From: Eledone cirrhosa | Lineage: Eukaryota | Direction of reading: 5' to 3' | Assembly: GCA_964016885.1 (NCBI GenBank) | Contig: OZ024743.1 | Coordinates: forward strand, 206,646,001 to 206,710,000 | DNA: 64,000 nucleotides | Program-made: the position numbers and the translations under genes | Shown: piece after piece, positions 30,809 to 42,400 of the stretch | Position numbering within the stretch: the stretch's first letter is position 1 | How the letters are laid out: the number at the start of each line of letters is the position of its first letter | The notes under the pieces: model-generated | What the model saw: only the letters and a program-made list of their open reading frames with translations | Told to the model about the DNA's origin: nothing | Databases searched by the model: none

Positions 30809-32245
30809 AAGACCACTGTATGAACACCATAGTCATAACTACCGTAAGACCACTGTATCAATACCATAGTCATAACTAATGTAAGACCACTGTATAAACA
30901 CCATAGTCACAACTACTTTAAGACCACTGTATCAACACCATAGTCACAATAACTGTAAGAACACTGTATCAACACCACAGTCATAACTACTGTAAGACCA
31001 CTGTATCAACACCACAGTCACAACTACAGTAAGACCACTGTATCAACACCACAGTCACAACTACTGTAAGACCACTGTATCAACACCACTGTCACAACTA
31101 CTGTAAGACCACTGTATCAACACCACAGTCATAACTACTCTAACACCACTGTAGCAACACCATAGTCACAACTACTGTAAGACCACTGTATAAAAGCCAT
31201 AGTCACAACTACTGTAAGACCACTGTATCAACAACACAGTCACAACTACTCTAAGACCACTGTATCAACACCACAGTCACAACTACTGTAAGCCCACTGT
31301 ATCAACAGCATAGTCATAACTACTCTACGACCACCGTATCAAAACCATAGTCACAACTACTGTAAAACCACTGTATCAACACCATAGACATAAGACCACT
31401 GTATCAACACCATAGTCATAACTACTGTAAGACCACTGTATCAACACCATAGTCATAAGACCACTGTATAAACACCATAGTCACAACTACTGTAGTACCA
31501 CTGTATCAACACCATAGTCACAACTACTGTAGTACCACTGTATCAACACCATAGTCACAACTACTGTAAGACCACTGTATCAACACCATAGTCATAAGAC
31601 CACTGTATAAACCCCATAGTCACAACGACTGTAAGACCACTGTATCTACACCATAGTCACAACTACTGTAATCCCACTGTATCAACAGCATAGTCATAAC
31701 TACTCTAAGACCACCGTATCAAAACCATAGTCACAACTACAGTAAGACCACTGTATCAACACCATAGTCATAACTAACGTAACACCACTACATCAACACC
31801 ATAGTCATAAGACCACTGTATCAACACCATAGTCATAACTACGGTAAGACCTCTGTATCAACACCATAGTCATAAGACCACTGTATCAACACCATTAGTC
31901 ACAACTACTGTAATACCACTGTATCAACACCATAGTCACAACTACTGTAAGACCACTGTATCAACACCATAGTCCCAACTACTGTAAGACCAGTGTGTCA
32001 GCAGCACGGTCACAAATACTGTAAGACCACTGTATGAACAGCATAGACATAACTACCGTAAGACCACTGTATCAACAAAATAAGACCATTGTATCAACAC
32101 CATAGTTACAACTACTGTACGACTATTGTATCAACACCATAGTCACAATAACTGTAAGAACACTGTATCAACACCACAATAACTGTAAGACCACTGTATC
32201 AACACCATAGTCATAACTAATGTAAGACCACTGCATCAACACCAT

Positions 32246-32300
32246 AGTCACAACTACTGTAAGTCCACTGTATCAGTGGTCTTCCAGTAGTTATGACTGT
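32246..32300. other. Micro-inversion / fold-back hairpin in forward SatA, copy 4 (3 mismatches)
   Basis: ...AAGTCCACTG-TAT-CAGTGGTCTTCCAGTAGTTATGACT, with an extra A>C change in the right arm. Confidence 0.92.
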
Positions 32301-33348
32301 AAGACCACTGTATGAACACCATAGTCATAACTACCGTAAGACCACTGTATCAATACCATAGTCATAACTAATGTAAGACCACTGTATAAACACCATAGTC
32401 ACAACTACTTTAAGACCACTGTATCAACACAATAGTCACAATAACTGTAAGAACACTGTATCAACACCACAGTCATAACTACTGTAAGACCACTGTATCA
32501 ACACCACAGTCACAACTACAGTAAGACCACTGTATCAACACCACAGTCACAAATACTGTAAGACCACAGTATCAACACCACAGTCACAACTACTGTAAGA
32601 CAACTGTATAAACACCACAACCATAACTACTGTAAGACCACTGTATCAACACCACAGTCATAACTATTCTAACACCACTGTAGCAACACCATAGTCACAA
32701 CTACTGTAAGACCACTGTATAAAAGCCATAGTCACAACTACTGTAAGACCACTGTATCAACAACACAGTCACAACTACTCTAAGACCACTGTATCAACAC
32801 CACAGTCACAACTACTGTAAGCCCACTGTATCAACAGCATAGTCATAACTACACTACGACCACCGTATCAAAACCATAGTCACAACTACTGTAAGACCAC
32901 TGTATCAACACCATAGTCATAAGACCACTGTATCAACACCATAGTCACAACTACAGTAAGACCACTGTATAAACACCATAGTCACAACTACTGTAAGACC
33001 GCTGTATCAACACCATAGTCATAACTAATGTAAGACCACTGTATCAACACCATAGTAACAACTACACTAAGACCACTGTATAAACACCACAGTCATAACT
33101 ACTGTAAGACCACTGTATCAACACCACAGTCACAACTACTGTAAGACCACTGTATCAACACCGCAGTCACAACTACTGTAAGACCACTGTATCAACACCA
33201 CAACCACAACTACTGTAAGACCACTGTATCAACACGACAGTCATAACTACTCTAAGACCACTGTATCAACACCACAGCCACAACTACTGTAAGACCACTG
33301 TATCAACACCATAATCACAACCACTGTAATACCACTGTATCAACACTA

Positions 33349-36300
33349 TAGTTGTAGCTGTGGTGTTGTTACAGTGATCTTACAGTAGTTGTGACCGTGG
33401 TGTTGATAAAGTGGTCTTACAGTAGTTGTGACTATGGTGTTGATACAGTGGTACTACAGTAGTTGTGACTATGGTGTTGATACAGTGGTACTACAGTAGT
33501 TGTGACTATGGTGTTTATACAGTGGTCTTACAGTAGTTGTGACTATGGGGTTTATACAGTCGTCTTATGACTATGGTGTTGATACAGTGGTCTTACACTA
33601 GTTGCGAATATGGTGTTGATACAGTGGTCTTACAGTAGTTGTGAATATGGTGTTGATAAAGTGGTCTTACTGTAGTTGTGACTGTGGTGTTGATACATTG
33701 GTCTTACAATAGTTGTGACTATAGTGTTGATACAGTGGTCTTACAGTAGTTATGACTATGGTGTTGATACAGTGGTCTTATGACTATGGTGTTGATACAG
33801 TCGTCTTACGGTAGTTATGACTATGGTGTTGATACAGTGGTCTTACACTAGTTGTGAATATGGTGTTAATACAGTGGTCTTACGGTAGTTGTCACTATGG
33901 TGTTGATACAGTGGTCTTACAGTAGTTGTGACTGTGGTGCTGATACAGTGGTCTTACGGTAGTTGCGACTATGGTGTTGATACAGTGGTCTTACAGTAGT
34001 TGTGACTATAGTGTTGATACAGTGGTCTTACAGTAGTTGTGACTATGGTGTTGATACAGTGGTATTACAGTAGTTGTGATTATGGTGTTGATACAGTGGT
34101 CTTACAGTAGTTGTGGCTGTGGTGTTGATACAGTGGTCTTAGAGTAGTTATGACTGTGGTGTTGATACAGTCGTCTTACAGTAGTTGTGGTTGTGGTGTT
34201 GATACAGTGGTCTTACAATAGTTGTGACTGTGGTGTTGATACAGTGGTCTTACAGTAGTTGTGACTGTGGTGTTGATACAGTGGTCTTACAGTAGTTATG
34301 ACTGTGGTGTTTATACAGTGGTCTTACTGTAGTTGTGACTATGGTGTTGATACAGTGGTCTTACATTAGTTATGACTATGGTGTTGATACAGTGGTCTTA
34401 CAGTAGTTGTGACTATGGTTTTTATACAGTGGTCTTTCTGTAGTTGTGACTGTGGTGTTGATACAGTGGTCTTACAATAGTTGTGACTATGGTGTTGATA
34501 CAGTATTCTTACAGTAGTTATGACTATGGTGTTGATACAGTGGTCTTACAGTAGTTGTGACTATGGTGTTGATACAGTGGTCTTATGACTATGGTGCTGA
34601 TACAGTGGTCTTACGGTAGTTATGACTATGGTGTTGATACAGTGGTCTTACAGTAGTTGTGACTATGGTGTTGATACAGTGGTATTACAGTAGTTGTGAC
34701 TATGGTGTTGATACAGTGGTTTTACAGTAGTTGTGGTTGTGGTGTTGATACAGTTGTCTTACAGTAGTTGTGACTGTGGTGTTGATACGGTGGTCTTACA
34801 GTAGTTGTGACTGTGGTGTTGAAACAGTGGTCTTACAGTAGTTATGACTGTGGTGTTGATACAGTGTTCTTACAGTTATTGTGACTATGGTGTTGATACA
34901 GTGGTCTTACATTAGTTATGACTATGGTGATGATAAAGTGGTACTACAGTAGTTGTGACTATGGTGTTGATACAGTGGTACTACAGTAGTTGTGACTATG
35001 GTGTTTATACAGTGGTCTTATGACTATGGTGTTGATACAGTGGTCTTACAGTAGTTATGACTATGGTGTTGATACAGTGGTCTTACAGTAGTTGTGACTA
35101 TGGTGTTGATACAGTGGTCTTACATTAGTTATGACTATGGTGATGATACAGTGGGCTTACGGTAGTTATGATTATGGTGTTGATACAGTGGTCTTACAGT
35201 AGTTGTGACTATGGTGTTTATACAGTGGTCTTACTGTAGTTGTGACTGTGGTGTTGATACAGTGGTCTTATAGTAGTTGTGACGATGGTGTTGATACAGT
35301 GGTCTTTTGACTATGGTGTTGATACAGTGGTCTTACGGTCGTTATGACTATGGTGTTGATACAGTGATCTTACAGTAGTTGTGACCGTGGTGTTGATACA
35401 GTGGTCTTACAGTAGTTGTGACTATGGTGTTGATACAGTGGTACTACAGTAGTTGTGACTATGGTGTTGATACAGTGGTACTCTAGTAGTTGTGACTATA
35501 GTGTTGATACAGTGGTCTTACAGTAGTTGTGTCTATGTTGTTGATACAGTGGTCTTCTGACTATGGTGTTGATACAGTGGTCTTATGACTATGGTGTTGA
35601 TACAGTGGTCTTACAGTAGTTATGACTATGGTGTTGATACAATGGTCTTACAGTAGTTGTAACTATGGTGTTCATACAGTGGTATTACGGTAGTTATGAC
35701 TATGGTGTTGATACAGTGGTCTTACAGTAGTTGAGACTGTGGTGTTGATACAGTGGTCTTAGAGTAGTTGTGACTGTATTGTTGATACAGTGGTCTTACC
35801 GTAGTTGTGACTATGGATTTTATACAGTGGTCTTACAGTAGTTATGACTATGGTGTTTATACAGTGGTCTTACAGTAGTTGTGACTATGGTGTTGATACA
35901 GTGGTATTACAGACGTTCTGACTATGGTGTTGATGCAGTGGTCTTACAGTAGTTGTGACTATGGTGTTGATACAGTAGGCTTACAGTAGTTGTGAATTTT
36001 GTGTTGATACAGTGGTCTTACAGACGTTGTGACTGTGGTGTTGATACAGTGGTCTTACAGTAGTTGTGACTACGGTGTTGAATCAATGGTCTTACAGTAG
36101 TTGTGGCTGTGGTGTTGATACAGTGGTCTTACAGTAGTTGTAGCTGTGGTGTTGATACAGTGGTCTTACATTAGTTATGACTATGGTGATGATACAGTGG
36201 TACTACAGTAGTTGTGACTATGGTGTTGATACAGTGGTCTTATGACTATGGTGTTGATACAGTGGTCTTACAGTAGTTATGACTATGGTGTTGATACAGT

Positions 36301-36485
36301 GGTCTTACAGTAGTTGTGACCGTGGTGTTGATAAAGTGGTCTTACAGTAGTTGTGACTATGGTGTTGATACAGTGGTACTACAGTAGTTGTGCCTATGGT
36401 GTTGATACAGTGGTACTACAGTAGTTGTGACTATGGTGTTTATACAGTGGTCTTATGACTATGGTGTTGATACAGTGGTCTTACG
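33349..36485 (-). repeat. Satellite A, inverted-orientation block (~3.1 kb)
   Basis: Monomer reads TGACTATGGTGTTGATACAGTGGTCTTACAGTAGTTG, the reverse complement of the SatA consensus. It carries reverse complements of the same private variants (e.g. GTGAATTTTGTGT ~35992, GTTGCGAC ~33962). Confidence 0.97.
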
Positions 36486-39400
36486 AAAAACCTAAAATAA
36501 TCTATTTTTTTCTACTTTTCGAAATATTTCAAAAATTGATTTTTTTGATCAAAAACCTAAAATATTCTATTTTTCGAAAAACCTAAAATAATCTATTTTT
36601 TTCTACTTTTCGAAATATTTCAAAAATTGATTTTTTTGATCAAAAACCTAAAGTATTCTATTTTTCGAAAAACCTAAAATAATCTATTTTTTTCCTAATT
36701 TTCGAAATATTTAAAAAATTGATTTTTTTGATCAAAAACCTAAAATATTCTATTTTTCGAAAAACCTAAAATAATCTATTTTTTTCTACTTTTCGAAATA
36801 TTTCAAAAATTGATTTTTTTGATCAAAAACCTAAAATATTCTATTTTTCGAAAAGCCTAAAATAATCTATTTTTTTCCTAATTTTCGAAATATTTCAAAA
36901 ATTGATTTTTTTGATCAAAAACCTAAAATATTGTATTTTTCGAAAAACCTAAAATAATCTATTTTTTTTCTACTTTTCGAAATATTTCAAAAATTGATTT
37001 TTTTGATCAAAAACCTAAAATATTCTATTTTTCGAAAAACCTAAAATAATTTATTTTTTTCTACTTGACGAAATATTTCAAGAATTGATCAAAAACCTAA
37101 AATATTCTATTTTTCGAAAAACCTAAAATAATCTATTTTTTTTCTACTTGTCGAAATATTTCAAAAAAACCTAAAATAATCTATTTTTTTCTACTTTTCG
37201 AAATATTTCAAAAATTGATTTTTTTGATAAAAAACCTAAAATATTAAATTTTTCGAAAAACCTAAAATAATCTATTTTTTTTCTACTTTTCGAAATATTT
37301 CAAAAATTGATTTTTTTGATGAAAAACCTAAAATATTCTATTTTTCGAGAAGCCTAAAATAATCTATTTTTTTCCTAATTTTCGAAATATTTCAATAATT
37401 GATTTTTTCGATGAAAAACCTAAAATATTAAATTTTTCGAAAAACCTAAAATAATCTATTTTTTTCCTACTTTTCGAAATATTTCAAAAATTGATTTTTT
37501 TTATCAAAAACGTAAAATATTCTACTTTTCGAAATATTTCAAAAATTGATTTTTTTGATCAAAAACCTAAAATATTCTATTTTTGGAAAAACCTAAAATA
37601 ATCTATTTTTTTCTACTTGACGAAATATTTCAAGAATTGATCAAAAACCTAAAATATTCTATTTTCGAAAAACCTAAAATAATCTATTTTTTTCCTGATT
37701 TTCGAAATATTTCAAAAATTGATTTTTTTGATAAAAAACCTAAAATATTAAATTTTTCGAAAAACCTAAAATAATCTATTTTTTTCCTACTTTTCGAAAT
37801 ATTTCAAAAATTGATTTTTTTGATCAAAAACCTAAAATATTCTATATTTCGAAAAACCTAAAATAATCTATTTTTTTCTACTTTTCGAAATATTTCAAAA
37901 ATTGATTTTTTTGATCAAAAACCTAAAATTTTCTATTTTTCGAAAAACCTAAAATAATATATTTTTTTCCACTTTTCGAAATATTTCAAAAATTGATTTT
38001 TTTGATCAAAAACGTAAAATATTCTACTTTTCGAAATATTTCAAAAATTGATTTTTTTTGATGAAAAACCTAAAATATTCTATTTTTCGAAAAACCTAAA
38101 ATAATCTATTTTTTTCTCCTTTTCGAAATATTTCAAAAATTGATTTTTTTGATCAAAAACCTAAAATATTCTATTTTTCGAAAAACCTAAAATAATCTAT
38201 TTTTTTCTACTTGACGAAATATTTCAAGAATTGATCAAAAACCTAAAATATTCTATTTTTCGAAAAACCTAAAATAATCTATTTTTTTCCTAATTTTCGA
38301 AATATTTCAAAAATTGATTTTTTTGATAAAAAACCTAAAATATTAAATTTTTCGAAATACCTAAAATAATCTATTTTTTTTCTACTTTTCGAAATATTTC
38401 AAAAATTGATTTTTTTGATGAAAAACCTAAAATATTCTATTTTTCGAGAAGCCTAAAATAATCTATTTTTTTCCTAATTTTCGAAATATTTCAATAATTG
38501 ATTTTTTTGATGAAAAACCTAAAATATTAAATTTTTCGAAAAACCTAAAATAATGTATTTTTTTCCTACTTTTCGAATATTTCAAAAATTGATTTTTTTT
38601 ATCAAAAACGTAAAATATTCTACTTTTCGAAATATTTCAAAAATTGATTTTTTTGATCAAAAACCTAAAATATTGTATTTTTCGAAAAACCTAAAATAAT
38701 CTATTTTTTTCTACTTTTCGAAATATTTCAAAAATTGATTTTTTTGATCAAAAACCTAAAATATTCTATTTTTCGAAAAACCTAAAATAATCTATTTTTT
38801 TCTACTTGACGAAATATTTCAAGAATTGATCAAAAACCTAAAATATTCTATTTTTCGAAAAACCTAAAATAATCTATTTTTTTCCTAATTTTCGAAATAT
38901 TTCAAAAATTGATTTTTTTGATCAAAAACATAAAATATTCTATTTTTCGAAAAACCTAAAATAATCTATTTTTTTCTTATTTTCGAAATATTTCAAAAAT
39001 TGATTTTTTTGATCAAAAACCTAAAATATTCTATTTTTCGAAAAACCTAAAATAATCTATTTTTTTTCTACTTTTCGAAATATTTCAAAAATTGATTTTA
39101 TTGATCAAAAACGTAAAATATTCTACTTTTCGAAATATTTCAAAAATTGATTTTTTTGATAAAAAACCTAAAATATTAAATTTTTCGAAAAACCTAAAAT
39201 AATCTATTTTTTTCCTACTTTTCGAAATATTTCAAAAATTGATTTTTTTGATAAAAAACCTAAAATATTAAATTTTTCGAAAAACCTAAAATAATCTATT
39301 TTTTTCCTACTTTTCGAAATATTTCAAAAATTGATTTTTTTGATCAAAAACCTAAAATATTCTATTTTTCGAGAAGCCTAAAATAATCTATTTTTTTCCT

Positions 39401-42400
39401 AATTTTCGAAATATTTCAATAATTGATTTTTTTGATGAAAAACCTAAAATATTCTATTTTTCGAAAAACCTAAAATAATCTATTTTTTTCCTACTTTTCG
39501 AAATATTTCAAAAATTGATTTTTTTGATCAAAAACCTAAAATATTCTATTTTTCGAGAAGCCTAAAATAATTTATTTTTTTCCTAATTTTCGAAATATTT
39601 CAAAAATTGATTTTTTTGATCAAAAACCTAAAATATTCTATTTTTCGAAAAACCTAAAATAATCTATTTTTTTTCTACTTTTCGAAATACTTCAAAAATT
39701 GATTTTTATGATGAAAAACCTAAAATATTAAATTTTTCGAAAAACCTAAAATAATCTATTTTTTTCTACTTTTCGAAATATTTCAAAAATTGATTTTTTT
39801 GATCAAAAACATAAAATATTCTATTTTTCGAAAAACCTAAAATAATCTATTTTTTTCTTATTTTCGAAATATTTCAAAAATTGATTTTTTTGATAAAAAA
39901 CCTAAAATATTCTATTTTTCGAAAAACCTAAAATAATCTATTTTTTTTCTACTTTTCGAAATATTTCAATAATTGATTTTTTTGATGAAAAACCTAAAAT
40001 ATTAAATTTTTCGAAAAACGTAAAATAATCTATTTCTTTCCTACTTTTCGAAATATTTCAAAAATTGATTTTTTTGATCAAAAACGTAAAATATTCTACT
40101 TTTCGAAATATTTCAAAAATTGATTTTTTTGATGAAAAACCTAAAATTTTCTATTTTTCGAAAAACCTAAAATAATATATTTTTTTCCACTTTTCGAAAT
40201 ATTTCAAAAATTGATTTTTTTGATCAAAAACGTAAAATATTCTACTTTTCGAAATATTTCAAAAATTGATTTTTTTTGATGAAAAACCTAAAATAATCTA
40301 TTTTTTTCTCCTTTTCGAAATATTTCAAAAATTGATTTTTTTGATCAAAAACCTAAAATATTCTATTTTTCGAAAAACCTAAAATAATCTATTTTTTTCT
40401 ACTTTTCGAAATATTTCAAAAATTGATTTTTTTGATAAAAAACGTAAAATATTCTACTTTTCGAAATATTTCAAAAATTGATTTTTTTGATCAAAAACGT
40501 AAAATATTCTATTTTTCGAAAAACCTAAAATAATCTATTTTTATCTACTTTTCGAAATATTTCAAAAATTGATTTTTTTGATCAAAAACGTAAAATATTC
40601 TACTTTTCGAAATATTTCAAAAATTGATTTTTTTTGATGAAAAACCTAAAATAATCTATTTTTTTCTCCTTTTCGAAATATTTCAAAAATTGATTTTTTT
40701 GATCAAAAACCTAAAATATTCTATTTTTCGAAAAACCTAAAATAATCTATTTTTTTCTACTTTTCGAAATATTTCAAAAATTGATTTTTTTGATGAAAAA
40801 CCTAAAATTTTCTATTTTTCGAAAAACCTAAAATAATCTATTTTTTTCCACTTTTCGAAATATTTCAAAAATTGATTTTTTTGATCAAAAACCTAAAATA
40901 TTCTATTTTTCGAGAAGCCTAAAATAATCTATTTTTTTCCTAATTTTCGAAATATTTCAAAAATTGATTTTTTTGATCAAAAACCTAAAATATTAAATTT
41001 TTCGAAAAACCTAAAATAATCTATTTTTTTCTACTTTTCGAAATATTTCAAAAATTGATTTTTTTGATCAAAAACATAAAATATTCTATTTTTCGAAAAA
41101 CCTAAAATAATCTATTTTTTTCTTCTTTTCGAAATATTTCAAAAATTGATTTTTTTGATCAAAAACCTAAAATATTCTATTTTTCGAAAAACCTAAAATA
41201 ATCTATTTTTTTTCTACTTTTCGAAATATTTCAAAAATTGATTTTTTTGATCAAAAACCTAAAATAATCTATTTTTCGAGAAGCCTAAAATAATCTATTT
41301 TTTTCCTAATTTTCGAAATATTTCAAAAATTGATTTTTTTGATAAAAAACCTAAAATATTAAATTTTTCGAAAAACCTAAAATAATCTATTTTTTCCTAA
41401 TTTTCGAAATACTTCAAAAATTGATTTTTTTGATAAAAAACCTAAAATATTAAATTTTTCGAAAAACCTAAAATAATCTATTTTTTTCCTACTTTTCGAA
41501 ATATTTCAAAAATTGATTTTTTTGATCAAAAACGTAAAATATTCTACTTTTCGAAATATTTCAAAAATTGATTTTTTTGATCAAAAACGTAAAATATTCT
41601 ATTTTTCGAAAAACCTAAAATAATCTATTTTTTTCTACTTTTCGAAATATTTCAAAAATTGATTTTTTTGATGAAAAACCTAAAATTTTCTATTTTTCGA
41701 AAAACCTAAAATAATCTATTTTTTTCCACTTTTCGAAATATTTCAAAAATTGATTTTTTTGATCAAAAACCTAAAATATTCTATTTTTCGAGAAGCCTAA
41801 AATAATCTATTTTTTTCCTAATTTTCGAAATATTTCAAAAATTGATTTTTTTGATCAAAAACCTAAAATATTCTATTTTTCGAAAAACCTAAAATAATCT
41901 ATTTTTTTTCTACTTTTCGAAATATTTCAATAATTGATTTTTTTGATGAAAAACCTAAAATATTAAATTTTTCGAAAAACCTAAAATAATCTATTTTTTT
42001 CCTACTTTTCGAAATATTTCAAAAATTGATTTTTTTGATCAAAAACGTAAAATATTCTACTTTTCGAAATATTTCAAAAATTGATTTTTTTGATCAAAAA
42101 CCTAAAATATTCTATTTTTCGAAAAACCTAAAATAATCTATTTTTTTTCTACTTTTCGAAATATTTCAAAAATTGATTTTTTTGATGAAAAACCTAAAAT
42201 TTTCTATTTTTCGAAAAACCTAAAATAATCTATTTTTTTCTACATTTCGAAATATTTCAATAATTGATTTTTTTGATGAAAAACCTAAAATATTAAATTT
42301 TTCGAAAAACCTAAAATAATCTATTTTTTTCCTACTTTTCGAAATATTTCAAAAATTGATTTTTTTGATGAAAAACCTAAAATATTCTACTTTTCGAAAT

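Larger units (their letters stand above)
1..33352 (+). repeat. Satellite A, forward-orientation tandem array: 37-bp monomer CAACTACTGTAAGACCACTGTATCAACACCATAGTCA plus 28-bp variant TAAGACCACTGTATCAACACCATAGTCA; runs off the left window edge
   Basis: Head-to-tail monomers read directly throughout, usually 0-3 substitutions each (common alternates CATAG/CACAG, GTCACAA/GTCATAA, CTACTG/CTACCG). No unique spacer sequence. Confidence 0.98.

Noticed and set aside
1-33352. CRISPR array (37-bp repeat length is CRISPR-like)
   Set aside because: Repeats are head-to-tail with no unique spacers, no leader and no cas genes.
1-33352. Mucin-like Thr/Ser/Pro-rich coding repeat (TTVRPLYQHHSHNYCKTTVSTP)
   Set aside because: 37 and 28 are not multiples of 3, so the frame rotates into TAG/TAA stops within about three monomers, and the reverse strand has TGA/TAG stops. 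The ORF track reports nothing here.
30200-36485. Fold-back sequencing chimera explaining the 33350 inversion
   Set aside because: The two arms are not mirror copies: variant order differs and the inverted arm lacks the micro-inversion cassette. A mis-join cannot be excluded without reads.
37583-37774. 63-aa ORF from the supplied track (MEKPKIIYFF...)
   Set aside because: It is a translation of about two SatB monomers, starting at a one-off TTG variant and kept open by chance indels. The product is low-complexity K/I/F with no gene context.
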